Source: an uncultured Lachnospiraceae bacterium (GTDB lineage: Bacteria > Bacillota > Clostridia > Christensenellales > UBA1242). Taken from it: a stretch of 64,000 nt of DNA. The notes beneath the pieces are model-generated. The model ran no database searches, was not told the DNA's origin, and was given only the letters and a program-made list of their open reading frames with translations. Below, one piece after another: positions 39,061 to 48,076 of this stretch (the first letter of the stretch is position 1; each line of letters opens with the position of its first letter). A program made the position numbers and the translations under genes. Location: contig CAYLHO010000001.1 of assembly GCA_964383665.1 (NCBI GenBank), positions 1,638-65,637 on the forward strand, read 5' to 3'.

Positions 39061-41715
39061 ATGAAATTATTAAACATTGATATTTTTCAAAGTGTAATAA
39101 ATTTCTTCGAAACAATTAAAACCAATTTTTCGCTTGAATATTTATTATACATATTTATTGGGCTCGAAATTTTAACTATCATTGTTTTTTCAATCATTGC
39201 ACACAACGTTTATGAGATGCGTTTAACTCGTGCGATTGACAAAATTAATGCATATTTATATGACGTCCAGTATATTAACGAGAGCAACTTAATTGAGTTT
39301 AACAACATGATGAAAAGAGTTCCAAAAACTCTTCGATATCACTGGCAACAATACATGCTTAACAGAGATAAAGCGCCAAGTGAATATATGTCGGTTGTTA
39401 ACTGCATCGACAGACCTCTTAAAAGCAGTTCACTTTCGGCAAACATTAAAGTTGCAAAAACATTGAGTTATATCTATGCAGTTCTTTCGCTTATTTTCTC
39501 ATGCGGAATTGCTTCAAGTCAAACCGATATTGGTGCTGGAGTTTATATCATTATTTTTGCAATCCCAGCAATGGTTTTGCTTTTGAACTATATTTTCACA
39601 ATTGCATTGGACATTAGAAAAGCAAGCAACACGAACGAACTTTACCAAACGTTCCATATTTTCAACAGATTTATTGATAAGGCAGTTTCAACAATGCCAA
39701 GTTATGTTGATTTTGAAGTTTTGTTTACAGCAAAAGAAATCAAACGCGGAATTCCAGTTTTGAACGAGTACATTGAAAAACGTCAACTTCAAGAACAAGA
39801 AGAAATGAAGAAGGCAAGAGAGAATGCAATTCAGCATGAACTTTATAATTTTGAAGAAGCGGGCGAAAAAGGTGAACTTGTTTTGGAACGCGCAATGAAA
39901 GAAACGGAAATCTTTGTTAACATGCGTAACCGCTTGAACACAGAAATTGACCAGTTCGACAAAGAAATGGACAGTCTTAAACGTAGTTTTGAAAACACAA
40001 CAAAAGACTATCAAAAGAAACTTCAAGCAAGCAAAGAAAACACAGACCGACTTAGAGAACAACAAGAAGCAACAACGAATCGTGTTGAAAGCAACTACAT
40101 AAGAAAACAACAAGCTGACGAAATTAAAAAGCAACAACAAATTGAGAAAGATCAAGAAGACGCTCAACTTAGATTTAATCAAGAAATCAACAATTTGGCA
40201 GCAGAAATTAAGAAAAGAAAAGAAGAGCTTGAGGAAGCAAGGCTTAATGTTGAAAAATCCATGCTTGCCGAGTACAAAACCTTCTCTAACAAAATTTACG
40301 CTGAAATTCGTGAGAACGTTAACGAACATGTTAAAGAGGAAAGAGAAGAACTTATTGGCTCAAGAGAAGAAGTTGCTCGTGAACTTGAAAAGGCCATGAC
40401 AAAAATTGATACTCTTGAAATCCAAAATAAAGTTTTGGTTAACAAAGCGGCAGAGCGTGAAGCATATGTTAAGGCAAGCGTTGAGAAAGAAAAACGTGAG
40501 CTTCAAGCAAGACTTAATGAAAAGCAAGAACAACTTGAAGAAAAGGAGAAACAAATTCAACTTATTTCTTCAAATTACATTTTAAATGAAAATCAACCTA
40601 AACCTTCGAAAAAAGAATCGAAGGCTGCAGCAAAAGTTGCAACAGAAGAGGTTTTTGAGAAGATCGAAATTGAAGAGCCAAAACCAGACCAATTTGGCGG
40701 GCAATTCGATGAAAACGGGAACTACACGTATCCATCTGGAGCATATTACGATGCTCAAGGAAATCTTCATGAGAACGGCAAAGTTTATGACAAAGACGGA
40801 ATTTTGATTGAGGATAACTCTCAAGAAGAAGCAAAACAAGAAAAAGAGACTGAAGTCGAGGTTGTTGAAGAAGCAGCAAACGAAGTTGTTGAAGCAACTC
40901 AAGAGATTGAAGAAGCAGCAAACGAAGTTGTTGAAGCAACTCAAGAGATTGAAGAAGCTCACGAAGTTTCTCAAGAAATTGATGGTTTCGATGCATTTGC
41001 AAATGAAGTTTCCCAAGATGAAATTGCTCCAGAAGAAAACGTGATTGTTGAAGAGAGTGAGAGCGTTGAGGAACTTCCAACAGATGAGCAGCCTCAAGAA
41101 GCGGTTGCTGAACCTGAGGAAATTTCCGAAGAAGTTGAAGAGAAACCAGAAGCAAAGAAGCGCGGTCGCCCAAGAAAAGAAAAACCAGAAGAAGAACCTA
41201 AACCAGCGGGAAAACGCGGTCGCCCAAGAAAAGTTGTTAGCGAGGAAGAAAAACCAGAAGCAAAGAAGCGCGGACGCCCAAGAAAGGAAACTGTTGAGGC
41301 TGAAGAATCAAAAGCGGAAGAGCCTGCAAAGAAACGTGGCCGTCCAAGAAAAGAAACTTCCGATGAAGAAACTGTTAAGCCAGCAGGAAAACGTGGCCGC
41401 CCAAGAAAGGAAACAGTCGAGGCTAAAGAACTTAAAGCGGAAGAACCTGTAAAGAAGCGTGGTCGCCCAAGAAAAGAAACTTCCGAAGAGGAAACTGTTA
41501 AACCGGCAGGAAAACGCGGACGTCCAAGAAAAGAGACTCAAACCCATGAAGAAGCGCCAAATGCAGAACCAAAGAAGCGTGGCCGCCCTAAAAAACTTAA
41601 TATCGACGAGAACTTGAAACTTATTGAGGAAAGACTTAAAGAACAAAACAGACTTCTTAAAGAACAACAAAAAGCTCTCGACAAAACAGTTAATGGGGTT
41701 AATTCAAGAAAATAG
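39061..41715 (+). CDS. polytopic-membrane-anchored coiled-coil protein with eight C-terminal AT-hook (RGRP) motifs
   Basis: GGAGG RBS before ATG 39061. Three hydrophobic segments in the first ~190 aa, a long E/K/Q-rich heptad region, an acidic repeat, then 8 copies of (K/G)KRGRP(R/K)K. Confidence 0.85.
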   Translation: MKLLNIDIFQSVINFFETIKTNFSLEYLLYIFIGLEILTIIVFSIIAHNVYEMRLTRAIDKINAYLYDVQYINESNLIEFNNMMKRVPKTLRYHWQQYMLNRDKAPSEYMSVVNCIDRPLKSSSLSANIKVAKTLSYIYAVLSLIFSCGIASSQTDIGAGVYIIIFAIPAMVLLLNYIFTIALDIRKASNTNELYQTFHIFNRFIDKAVSTMPSYVDFEVLFTAKEIKRGIPVLNEYIEKRQLQEQEEMKKARENAIQHELYNFEEAGEKGELVLERAMKETEIFVNMRNRLNTEIDQFDKEMDSLKRSFENTTKDYQKKLQASKENTDRLREQQEATTNRVESNYIRKQQADEIKKQQQIEKDQEDAQLRFNQEINNLAAEIKKRKEELEEARLNVEKSMLAEYKTFSNKIYAEIRENVNEHVKEEREELIGSREEVARELEKAMTKIDTLEIQNKVLVNKAAEREAYVKASVEKEKRELQARLNEKQEQLEEKEKQIQLISSNYILNENQPKPSKKESKAAAKVATEEVFEKIEIEEPKPDQFGGQFDENGNYTYPSGAYYDAQGNLHENGKVYDKDGILIEDNSQEEAKQEKETEVEVVEEAANEVVEATQEIEEAANEVVEATQEIEEAHEVSQEIDGFDAFANEVSQDEIAPEENVIVEESESVEELPTDEQPQEAVAEPEEISEEVEEKPEAKKRGRPRKEKPEEEPKPAGKRGRPRKVVSEEEKPEAKKRGRPRKETVEAEESKAEEPAKKRGRPRKETSDEETVKPAGKRGRPRKETVEAKELKAEEPVKKRGRPRKETSEEETVKPAGKRGRPRKETQTHEEAPNAEPKKRGRPKKLNIDENLKLIEERLKEQNRLLKEQQKALDKTVNGVNSRK
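40867..40950 (+). repeat. perfect 42-bp tandem duplication (EEAANEVVEATQEI x2) within the CDS
   Basis: GAAGAAGCAGCAAACGAAGTTGTTGAAGCAACTCAAGAGATT occurs twice head-to-tail, with a partial third copy starting at 40951. Confidence 0.9.
41155..41594 (+). repeat. in-frame AT-hook repeat array with a higher-order ~123-bp unit
   Basis: Eight AAG/GGA-AAR-CGY-GGN-CGY-CCW-ARA-AAR cores with a period of 18-22 codons. The unit GKRGRPRKETVEA.E.KAEEP.KKRGRPRKETS.EETVKPA is repeated twice nearly identically. Confidence 0.9.
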
Positions 41716-41835
41716 TAAAAATAAAAAAATCACTTCAGTTTTTGGGGTGATTTTTTATATGAAGTAAAATTTTTATTCATGAATTAAAACGAAAAGTTTT
41801 GTCATATAATAAATTTGTGTTATTATTTTAAGGAA

Positions 41836-42729
41836 ATGATGAAAAAGTTTTTTGTATTTATATTAATAGGATTATTTGGGTTAACACTTGCGGGCTGCAC
41901 ATCGGCAGTTACGCTTTCTGGAATTAACACAAACATTTCGTCATACTATTTTGTTGCTGATTTTTCAAGTGGATATGGAATGCTTAATGAAAGCGAAAAG
42001 GCGATTTTGGAAAATAAAGTTAATTCGCTTGCAAGCGATTATGTTGACGACCTTATTTTAAGATATTACGCAGCACTTAATTTGTTTGAGGAAAACGGAA
42101 AGATTTCGGCAAATGAAAAAATTGTTTACAGGAATCATTTAACTTGTTCAACTTCTTGGGAAAACGGAATGTTTTCAATTCAACTTGATTTCTATTCAAA
42201 AGAATCGTCAAGGATTTTCATTTTAAGTTCGGATTATGCAGGCATAACAAACGAAGAAACAACTTTTAAAACCGTTTCAACCGAAAAATTTTCAGGTGTG
42301 TTCTCGAAAACAAAAAATAATTTGATTTCAACAAGTCTTGAAGATTATTTCCTTTCTGGGGCTAAGGCGGCGCTTTCAACTCTTGGAGGAGATTCTGCCC
42401 AAAAAATTAACACAACTGAATTCTATTATATGTTTGTAACTGAAAATGTTAAATTGAGAGCAAAAGATGCAAACGAAACGCTTGAGCTTTCGGGCGGAAC
42501 AATTTATTGTTACTATTCAAACAGCGATTTTTCAGAACTTGAATTTGAGTTTTACATTGTTCAAGCAAATCGTCTTGTTTACTATTTAATTTGTCTTGCA
42601 ATTTCATTCACGTTTGTTGCAATTTACCTTATGGTTATTTACTTTAAAAAACCTAAAAGCAAACAAACTGAGCAAAAAGAACAAGACGAAACAACAAAAA
42701 TTGAAATTCCAACAAATGGCGAAGGTTAA
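41836..42729 (+). CDS. lipoprotein with an additional C-terminal TM helix, unknown function
   Basis: MMKKFFVFILIGLFGLTLAGC lipobox. C-terminal LVYYLICLAISFTFVAIYLMVIYF followed by a charged tail. Confidence 0.7.
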   Translation: MMKKFFVFILIGLFGLTLAGCTSAVTLSGINTNISSYYFVADFSSGYGMLNESEKAILENKVNSLASDYVDDLILRYYAALNLFEENGKISANEKIVYRNHLTCSTSWENGMFSIQLDFYSKESSRIFILSSDYAGITNEETTFKTVSTEKFSGVFSKTKNNLISTSLEDYFLSGAKAALSTLGGDSAQKINTTEFYYMFVTENVKLRAKDANETLELSGGTIYCYYSNSDFSELEFEFYIVQANRLVYYLICLAISFTFVAIYLMVIYFKKPKSKQTEQKEQDETTKIEIPTNGEG

Positions 42730-42769
42730 TTTAATTTGACTTTCGCTTTTTTTATGTTATAATTCGCGT

Positions 42770-43033
42770 GTGATTGACGGAAAACAAAAGCGTAAATTTA
42801 AGAAAGATGTTAAGCGAAGAATGATTGAAATGTTTGCTTCAATTCCTTTTGGGGTTGGTTTTGCATTTCTTTTCTATTGGCTTAAACTTTCTGTTGGGCT
42901 TCAATTGTTTTTAACAGTTGTTTGCTGGGGTGCTGTTATTGGAATTGTTGAACTTGTTTTCTTTTTTGTTAACAGAGCAATTGAAAAACGAAATGAGTTG
43001 AAACCAAAACGTCGCGACCCATTTGCCGACTAG
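42770..43033 (+). CDS. small two-TM membrane protein, unknown function (start uncertain)
   Basis: 87-aa ORF with a basic N-terminus and two hydrophobic helices. The GTG start sits right after a TATAAT-like box, so the mRNA may be leaderless. Confidence 0.5.
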   Translation: MIDGKQKRKFKKDVKRRMIEMFASIPFGVGFAFLFYWLKLSVGLQLFLTVVCWGAVIGIVELVFFFVNRAIEKRNELKPKRRDPFAD

Positions 43034-43042
43034 GAGGGAAAA

Positions 43043-44485
43043 ATGAGCGAAAAATTTAAAACCATGCCACACAGCATTGAGGCGGAACAATCGGTTCTTG
43101 GCGCAATGCTTATTGATAATGAAGCGGCTTTAACAATTTTTTCGGCGCTTACGGGCGACGATTTCTATTCGGCTGTTAACAAACAAATTTATCAAAGAAT
43201 GCAAGAACTCTATCGCGCAAACAAGCCAATTGACTTTGTTACATTAACCGATTTGCTTGATAAGAACGGCGAACTTGAAAACGCTGGGGGAATTGAATAT
43301 ATAACAACATTAACAAATGCTGTTCCTTCGGCTGCAAACTTCAAATATTATGTTGACATTGTTAAAAGAGATTCGCTTTTCAGAAAACTTATTGCAAGCG
43401 GGCAAAAGATTATTGAAACGGCATATGATGCAACCGACGACAAGGCGGCTTTAAAATTTGCAGAAAAAGAAATTTTTGATATTGCAGAAAATCAAGACGT
43501 TTCGTCGCTTGAACATATTGAAGGTGCGCTTAAGGAAGTTATTGAGAAACTTAACAAAATTGCAAAAGATCCTAACTCGCTTCGTGGACTTTCAACAGGG
43601 TTCACAGATTTAGATGCAATAACAAACGGGCTTCAAAACTCCGACCTTATTTTGCTTGCAGCGCGTCCTGGTGTTGGAAAAACATCGCTTGCGATGAACA
43701 TTGTTACAAATGCTGCAGTTGACGGGCAGAAAAACTGTGCAATTTTCTCCTTGGAAATGCCAAAAACTCAAATTGCTCAAAGATCGATGTGTTCTGTTGC
43801 TGGAGTTAGCATGGAAAAGGCTCTTAAGGGGCAACTTTCTGTTGATGAATGGACAGCAATGATTAAGGCAAGCAGAAAACTTTCGGAAGCAAACATTTTT
43901 ATTGATGATTCGAGCATTAATGACCCAAATGATATCCTTTCGAAATGCAGAAGAATTAAGCGCGAACGCGGACTTGATCTTGTTATGATTGACTATCTTC
44001 AACTTATGAAAGCAGATAAAAACTCCAACTATGATAACAAGGTTTTGGAAGTTGGGGAAATAACAAGAACTCTTAAAATTGCAGCAAGAGAACTTAATGT
44101 TCCAATAATTTTGTTATCGCAACTTTCGCGTGCTGTTGAACAAAGAAAAGGCGACCATAGACCGGTTCTTTCCGACCTTAGAGACAGCGGATCAATTGAG
44201 CAAGATGCAGATATTGTTATGTTTATTTATAAACCAGACATGTATAACGATGTTGTTACGGAAGAAAGCGATGTTGCAGAACTTATTGTTGCAAAGCACA
44301 GAAATGGGCGACAGGGAACTGTTAAATTGCGTTGGATTGGAGAAACAACAAGCTTTGCCGATTACAACAAAGGGCAACAAGTTCAAAAGCCAAAAACTGT
44401 TGTTGCACAAACCGACGAGGAAACGCGCGCGGACCCTGTTTATGACGAAAAAGAACTTGAGGAAATTAAGGACTTATTCGATTAA
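43043..44485 (+). CDS. dnaB: replicative DNA helicase (DnaB family; DnaC in Bacillus nomenclature)
   Basis: PHSIEAEQSVLGAML N-terminus, ARPGVGKTSLAMN Walker A, MIDYLQLM, LSQLSRAVEQR. AGGAGGG RBS. Confidence 0.95.
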   Translation: MSEKFKTMPHSIEAEQSVLGAMLIDNEAALTIFSALTGDDFYSAVNKQIYQRMQELYRANKPIDFVTLTDLLDKNGELENAGGIEYITTLTNAVPSAANFKYYVDIVKRDSLFRKLIASGQKIIETAYDATDDKAALKFAEKEIFDIAENQDVSSLEHIEGALKEVIEKLNKIAKDPNSLRGLSTGFTDLDAITNGLQNSDLILLAARPGVGKTSLAMNIVTNAAVDGQKNCAIFSLEMPKTQIAQRSMCSVAGVSMEKALKGQLSVDEWTAMIKASRKLSEANIFIDDSSINDPNDILSKCRRIKRERGLDLVMIDYLQLMKADKNSNYDNKVLEVGEITRTLKIAARELNVPIILLSQLSRAVEQRKGDHRPVLSDLRDSGSIEQDADIVMFIYKPDMYNDVVTEESDVAELIVAKHRNGRQGTVKLRWIGETTSFADYNKGQQVQKPKTVVAQTDEETRADPVYDEKELEEIKDLFD

Positions 44486-44762
44486 AAGTTATTAATATAA
44501 AAGAAGAACCTTGAAGAGGGTTCTTTTTTTGTTGTTAGTTTTAAAAGGTTGAAATTTAGGCGTAAATTGGCATTATCAGCGCGAAAAAACAAGAAAAAAG
44601 TCGAATATTGTAAAAAAATAGTAAAAAGATTTTGATATTTTTACAAAAATTAGTAAAATTAATGGCAGACGTGATTGACAATGGACATTTTTGATTCTTA
44701 TAATTTTTTTGTCATTATGAAAATTAATTGGCAAATTGTATTTAATTAATAAGGGGAAATCT

Positions 44763-45329
44763 ATGGAATTAGAAGTTTGGGCAAGAACAATGTTAACGGT
44801 TCAAAGACATTTGGAAAGAGTTACAAAGGCTCTTGATAAAATCATTTTAAAGAAGGCTGTTTCATCGGCTTTTGTTACATCTAAGAACTTAATGGAGCAA
44901 AGCGTTGAAAAGATTAGCAAATACATAATTAACCTTTCGCAAAGCAAGATTAACCTTATTAACTTAAACACAATTTGTGTTAACTCGCTTAAAGGGATTG
45001 ACAAAACTTCTGCGAAAATTTTGATTTTAAAGCATATCGACGGCAAGCAGAGCAACGAAATTGCGTCGCTTTTGGGTCTTAGCAACAGAACGTATTTCAG
45101 GCGTCTTAATTTGGCTTATGAGAAAATTGTTGGTTGGCTTTTGGCAAATCACTATGATGCGGAATTTTTTGCGAAAAACTATTTTTCTGAAGGCTGGATT
45201 ATGGAAGTTTATAATAAAAATCTTGAAGTTGTTTCAAGCAGCAAACAAAGCGATGTTTGCATTGATGTTGGGCTTTTGAAGGGGATTGTTTCGTCAATTG
45301 CAAAAGCGGCTCATTCGTCATACTCATAA
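44763..45329 (+). CDS. sigma-70 region-4-type HTH protein (divergent small sigma or phage late-regulator-like)
   Basis: AKILILKHIDGKQSNEIASLLGLSNRTYFRRLNLAYEKI matches the sigma r4 / LuxR-like HTH pattern. No clear region 2. AAGGGGA RBS before ATG 44763. Upstream TTGACA-17-TTATAAT. Confidence 0.6.
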   Translation: MELEVWARTMLTVQRHLERVTKALDKIILKKAVSSAFVTSKNLMEQSVEKISKYIINLSQSKINLINLNTICVNSLKGIDKTSAKILILKHIDGKQSNEIASLLGLSNRTYFRRLNLAYEKIVGWLLANHYDAEFFAKNYFSEGWIMEVYNKNLEVVSSSKQSDVCIDVGLLKGIVSSIAKAAHSSYS

Positions 45330-46159
45330 TAATCTTGGTGGCGAATTTTTTTGCGTTTTTTCCTAGGTTTAAGGTCGGCTTCCTCAAGTGCTTTTGCTGT
45401 TATTTTTGTTGGACGGAAAAGGAGATAGATAATAATTAAGCATGGAAGGCAAACTGCAATTATTATAACAATTTGAGTTGCGGACGGAAGAGAGCTTAAT
45501 ACGTCGTCGCTAGAGGGGGTTGCGGAAACATCAACCGTGAAATTTGGCTCGTCGATATATTCCAAAACTTCGGTGTTAGTTGGAATTTCGGTTAGGGAAT
45601 CGCAAAATGCATTGTAAACATATCCAAAATATTCTTTTCCATTTTTAATATACTTACAAAAAAACCAAGTTTGAGTTCGGTTTGAAATTGCTTCCTCGCC
45701 TTCAATTTCACCATAATATTTTAAATTGGTTTCAAGATAGCCAAGTTGTTCAATTGTGTTTATGCCTTGCGATTGGCTTGGGGAGGAGCGAAGTTCAACT
45801 CCGCCTGGAACAAAAACACGAAAAGTTGCGTTTGCAAAAGGTGTTTCGGGAACCCCGCTTACGCATTGGACTTCCGATTTTTTAACGTAGCCATAAACAT
45901 CGATGTAGCGCGCGGAAAAGAACAAATCGTTTTCGCACCTGTCGATTTGGATATAGTAACTTTGCGGAATTACGAAGTAGACATTTGAAAAGGTTTCGTC
46001 TCCGCTTGTTGAACGATAGAGTTTAACATTTTTTGAAATCGCTTTTGCAAAAAATGTTTCATTGGCGAAAACAGTTGTTATGTTTGGAAGTTGAAAAAAA
46101 CGGGGCAAAACAGCCGCAAGAATTAACAAAAAACAGAAAATATAACTCTTTTTTTGCAT
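45311..46159 (-). CDS. signal-peptide protein with two SH3b-like domains and a C-terminal TM anchor
   Basis: N-terminal hydrophobic leader. Two units of the VKLYRSTS...YGYVKKSEV / VELRSSPS...FGYVYNAF type. TM IVIIIAVCLPCLIIIYLLF plus a basic tail. Its 3' end overlaps the convergent 44763-45329 gene by 19 nt. Confidence 0.65.
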   Translation of the reverse strand: MQKKSYIFCFLLILAAVLPRFFQLPNITTVFANETFFAKAISKNVKLYRSTSGDETFSNVYFVIPQSYYIQIDRCENDLFFSARYIDVYGYVKKSEVQCVSGVPETPFANATFRVFVPGGVELRSSPSQSQGINTIEQLGYLETNLKYYGEIEGEEAISNRTQTWFFCKYIKNGKEYFGYVYNAFCDSLTEIPTNTEVLEYIDEPNFTVDVSATPSSDDVLSSLPSATQIVIIIAVCLPCLIIIYLLFRPTKITAKALEEADLKPRKKRKKIRHQDYYEYDE

Positions 46160-46234
46160 GATTAAAGTTTAACAATTTAACGGGGGTTGAGTTAAGAAGA
46201 AAAAAGTCGATTTATTTGGGAAAACAGAGAGAAA

Positions 46235-47692
46235 ATGAAAAAACAAAAAATTTATGAGTCAATTTTTGAAATTGAAAGCGAAATTGAAAGGAGAAACAAG
46301 TTTTCTGCGCTTGAAAAATATAACACGGGAGAGAAAAAGCACCTTAAACAGCTTGAGTTTCACAAATGCACAAAAAGAAACAGGTGGGTTTTTGGAGGGA
46401 ACAGAAGCGGAAAAACCGAGTGTGGGGCGGTTGAATGCGTTTGGCTTGCAAGAGGAATTCACCCTTTTCGCACTAACAAAAAAGATGTTTCAATTTGGGT
46501 TGTTTCGCTTTCGAAGCAGGTTCAAAGAGATGTTGCGCAAAGCAAAATTTTTTCCTATTTAAAACCAGAATGGATTTCGGAAATCGTTATGGAAACGGGA
46601 AGCAAGGATTTCCCGCAAAACGGTTTTGTTGACTATATTTTAATTGAAAATGTTTTTGGTGGGAAAAGTAAGATTGGGTTTAAAAGTTGCGACCAAGGAC
46701 GTGAAAAGTTTCAAGGCACGTCTCTTGACTTTGTTTGGTTTGACGAAGAGCCGCCGGAAGAAATCTATCGGGAATGCAAGATGCGTGTTATCGACCGATG
46801 CGGGGAAATTTTTGGCACGATGACGCCGCTTAAGGGGCTTACCTGGGTTTATAACGAGATTTATTTAAACGAAGGGAACGACGATGAGGTGTGGTCGATT
46901 TCTATGAACTGGGACGATAATCCATATTTGGACGTGAAGGAAATTAAGAGTCTTAAATCAAGCATGAGCGAGGAGGAACTTGAGGCAAGGTGCTATGGAA
47001 AGTTTAGGAGTTTTGGGGGACTTGTCTATCCCGAATTTGACCCGCAAATTCATGTTATTGAGCCTTTTGATGTTCCAAAAGAATGGTTCGACAAAATTTC
47101 AATTGACCCCGGGCTTAACAACCCTCTTTCTGCGCACTGGTATGCCGTTGACTTTGATGGAAATGTTTTTGTTATTGCGGAGCACTATGAGGCGAGAAGG
47201 GATATAATTTATCATGCAAATGCAATTAAGCGCATATGCGAAAATTTGAACTGGAAAACGGGGTTTGGCGGAAAGGTTGAGGCAATTATCGACAGCGCTG
47301 CAACTCAAACAACTCTTGCAAGCGAAAAAAGCGTTTGTGATTTGTTTTTTGAAAATGGGATTTTGGCAAACCCACATGTTAACAAGGACCTGTTTTCTGG
47401 GATCAACAAAGTTAAGTCGTATTTGAAAAACGCAGAGGGGAAAAGCAAACTTTTTATTTTTAAAAACTGCGAAAATTTAATTATGGAAATTAAGGGCTAT
47501 TTTTGGGCCAATGGCGACAGACCAACAAAAAAAGACGACCATTCGCTTGATGAACTTCGTTATTACATTATGTCGCGTCCAGAACCTGCGAAAGTTAAGA
47601 CAATAAAAACTGATGTTGAGAAGGACAAGGAAAGGCTTATTCGAAAACTTGACTTTTCAAGAAAAAGCTTTGGAATTAAAAAGATTAATTAA
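46235..47692 (+). CDS. phage terminase large subunit homolog (orphan)
   Basis: Walker A GGNRSGKT (46394-46417), Walker B/catalytic LDFVWFDEE (46724-46750), C-terminal RNase-H-like nuclease acidic residues in ISIDPG, IIDSAATQ and DDHSLDELRYY. Confidence 0.75.
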   Translation: MKKQKIYESIFEIESEIERRNKFSALEKYNTGEKKHLKQLEFHKCTKRNRWVFGGNRSGKTECGAVECVWLARGIHPFRTNKKDVSIWVVSLSKQVQRDVAQSKIFSYLKPEWISEIVMETGSKDFPQNGFVDYILIENVFGGKSKIGFKSCDQGREKFQGTSLDFVWFDEEPPEEIYRECKMRVIDRCGEIFGTMTPLKGLTWVYNEIYLNEGNDDEVWSISMNWDDNPYLDVKEIKSLKSSMSEEELEARCYGKFRSFGGLVYPEFDPQIHVIEPFDVPKEWFDKISIDPGLNNPLSAHWYAVDFDGNVFVIAEHYEARRDIIYHANAIKRICENLNWKTGFGGKVEAIIDSAATQTTLASEKSVCDLFFENGILANPHVNKDLFSGINKVKSYLKNAEGKSKLFIFKNCENLIMEIKGYFWANGDRPTKKDDHSLDELRYYIMSRPEPAKVKTIKTDVEKDKERLIRKLDFSRKSFGIKKIN

Positions 47693-47707
47693 TGGAATAA
47701 TATATAA

Positions 47708-48076
47708 ATGCTCGACAGAAAAGAGAAAATTGTTATGTCATATATTTTTCTTAAATGCGAAAACGACGAAAAGAACAAAACTCGTCTTTTTTCGTCGCAA
47801 GAAATTGTTGATTTGCTTGCAAAAAGAAAGTATGTTGTTTCAACAAGCGAACTTAATGAAATTATGATTTCTCTTTCAAAGGACGGACTTATTGATTTTG
47901 TTTCAAGCGAAAGCAAAAAGGGAAGTGTTTTTTGCATTTCGCTTAAAGAAAAGGGGCTTTTGTTTAAAAAAGACAGCCAAAAGGAAAAGTTGCATGCTTC
48001 GTGGATTATCCTTCGGACGGCGCTTTTGGCTGTTTTAAGTTTTGTTGTTGGGCTTTTGCTTAGAGCAATTTTTTAG
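47708..48076 (+). CDS. small winged-helix-like protein with a C-terminal TM anchor
   Basis: 122 aa. FSSQEIVDLLAKRKYVVSTSELNEIMISLSKDGLIDF resembles a wHTH. The C-terminus WIILRTALLAVLSFVVGLLLRAIF is hydrophobic. The start is uncertain (M1 or M10). Confidence 0.5.
   Translation: MLDRKEKIVMSYIFLKCENDEKNKTRLFSSQEIVDLLAKRKYVVSTSELNEIMISLSKDGLIDFVSSESKKGSVFCISLKEKGLLFKKDSQKEKLHASWIILRTALLAVLSFVVGLLLRAIF

Noticed and set aside
39061-39640. Possible MotA/ExbB/TolQ (or Zorya ZorA-like) stator domain in the N-terminus of the AT-hook protein. This was suggested by the TM1 - loop - TM2/TM3 layout, an AIPA motif in the last TM (IIFAIPAMVLLLNY versus TolQ/ExbB ...AAIPAV..YN) and a long helical tail.
   Set aside because: Only that one short motif fits. 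The GxxGTVxG-type TM2 motif is absent. No MotB/ExbD/ZorB-like partner with a TM Asp or a peptidoglycan-binding domain is adjacent. The resemblance is too weak to claim without a profile search.
40580-41670. A regularly spaced repeat region that could be mistaken for a CRISPR-like array, plus several long ORFs on both strands (40582-41097 -, 40598-41173 -, 41045-41452 +, 41308-41670 -).
   Set aside because: The repeats lie in frame within one long, RBS-preceded CDS and encode RGRP AT-hooks with conserved amino-acid periodicity. The so-called spacers are also similar to each other. The alternative-frame and antisense ORFs are low-complexity by-products of the K/E/R-rich repeats.
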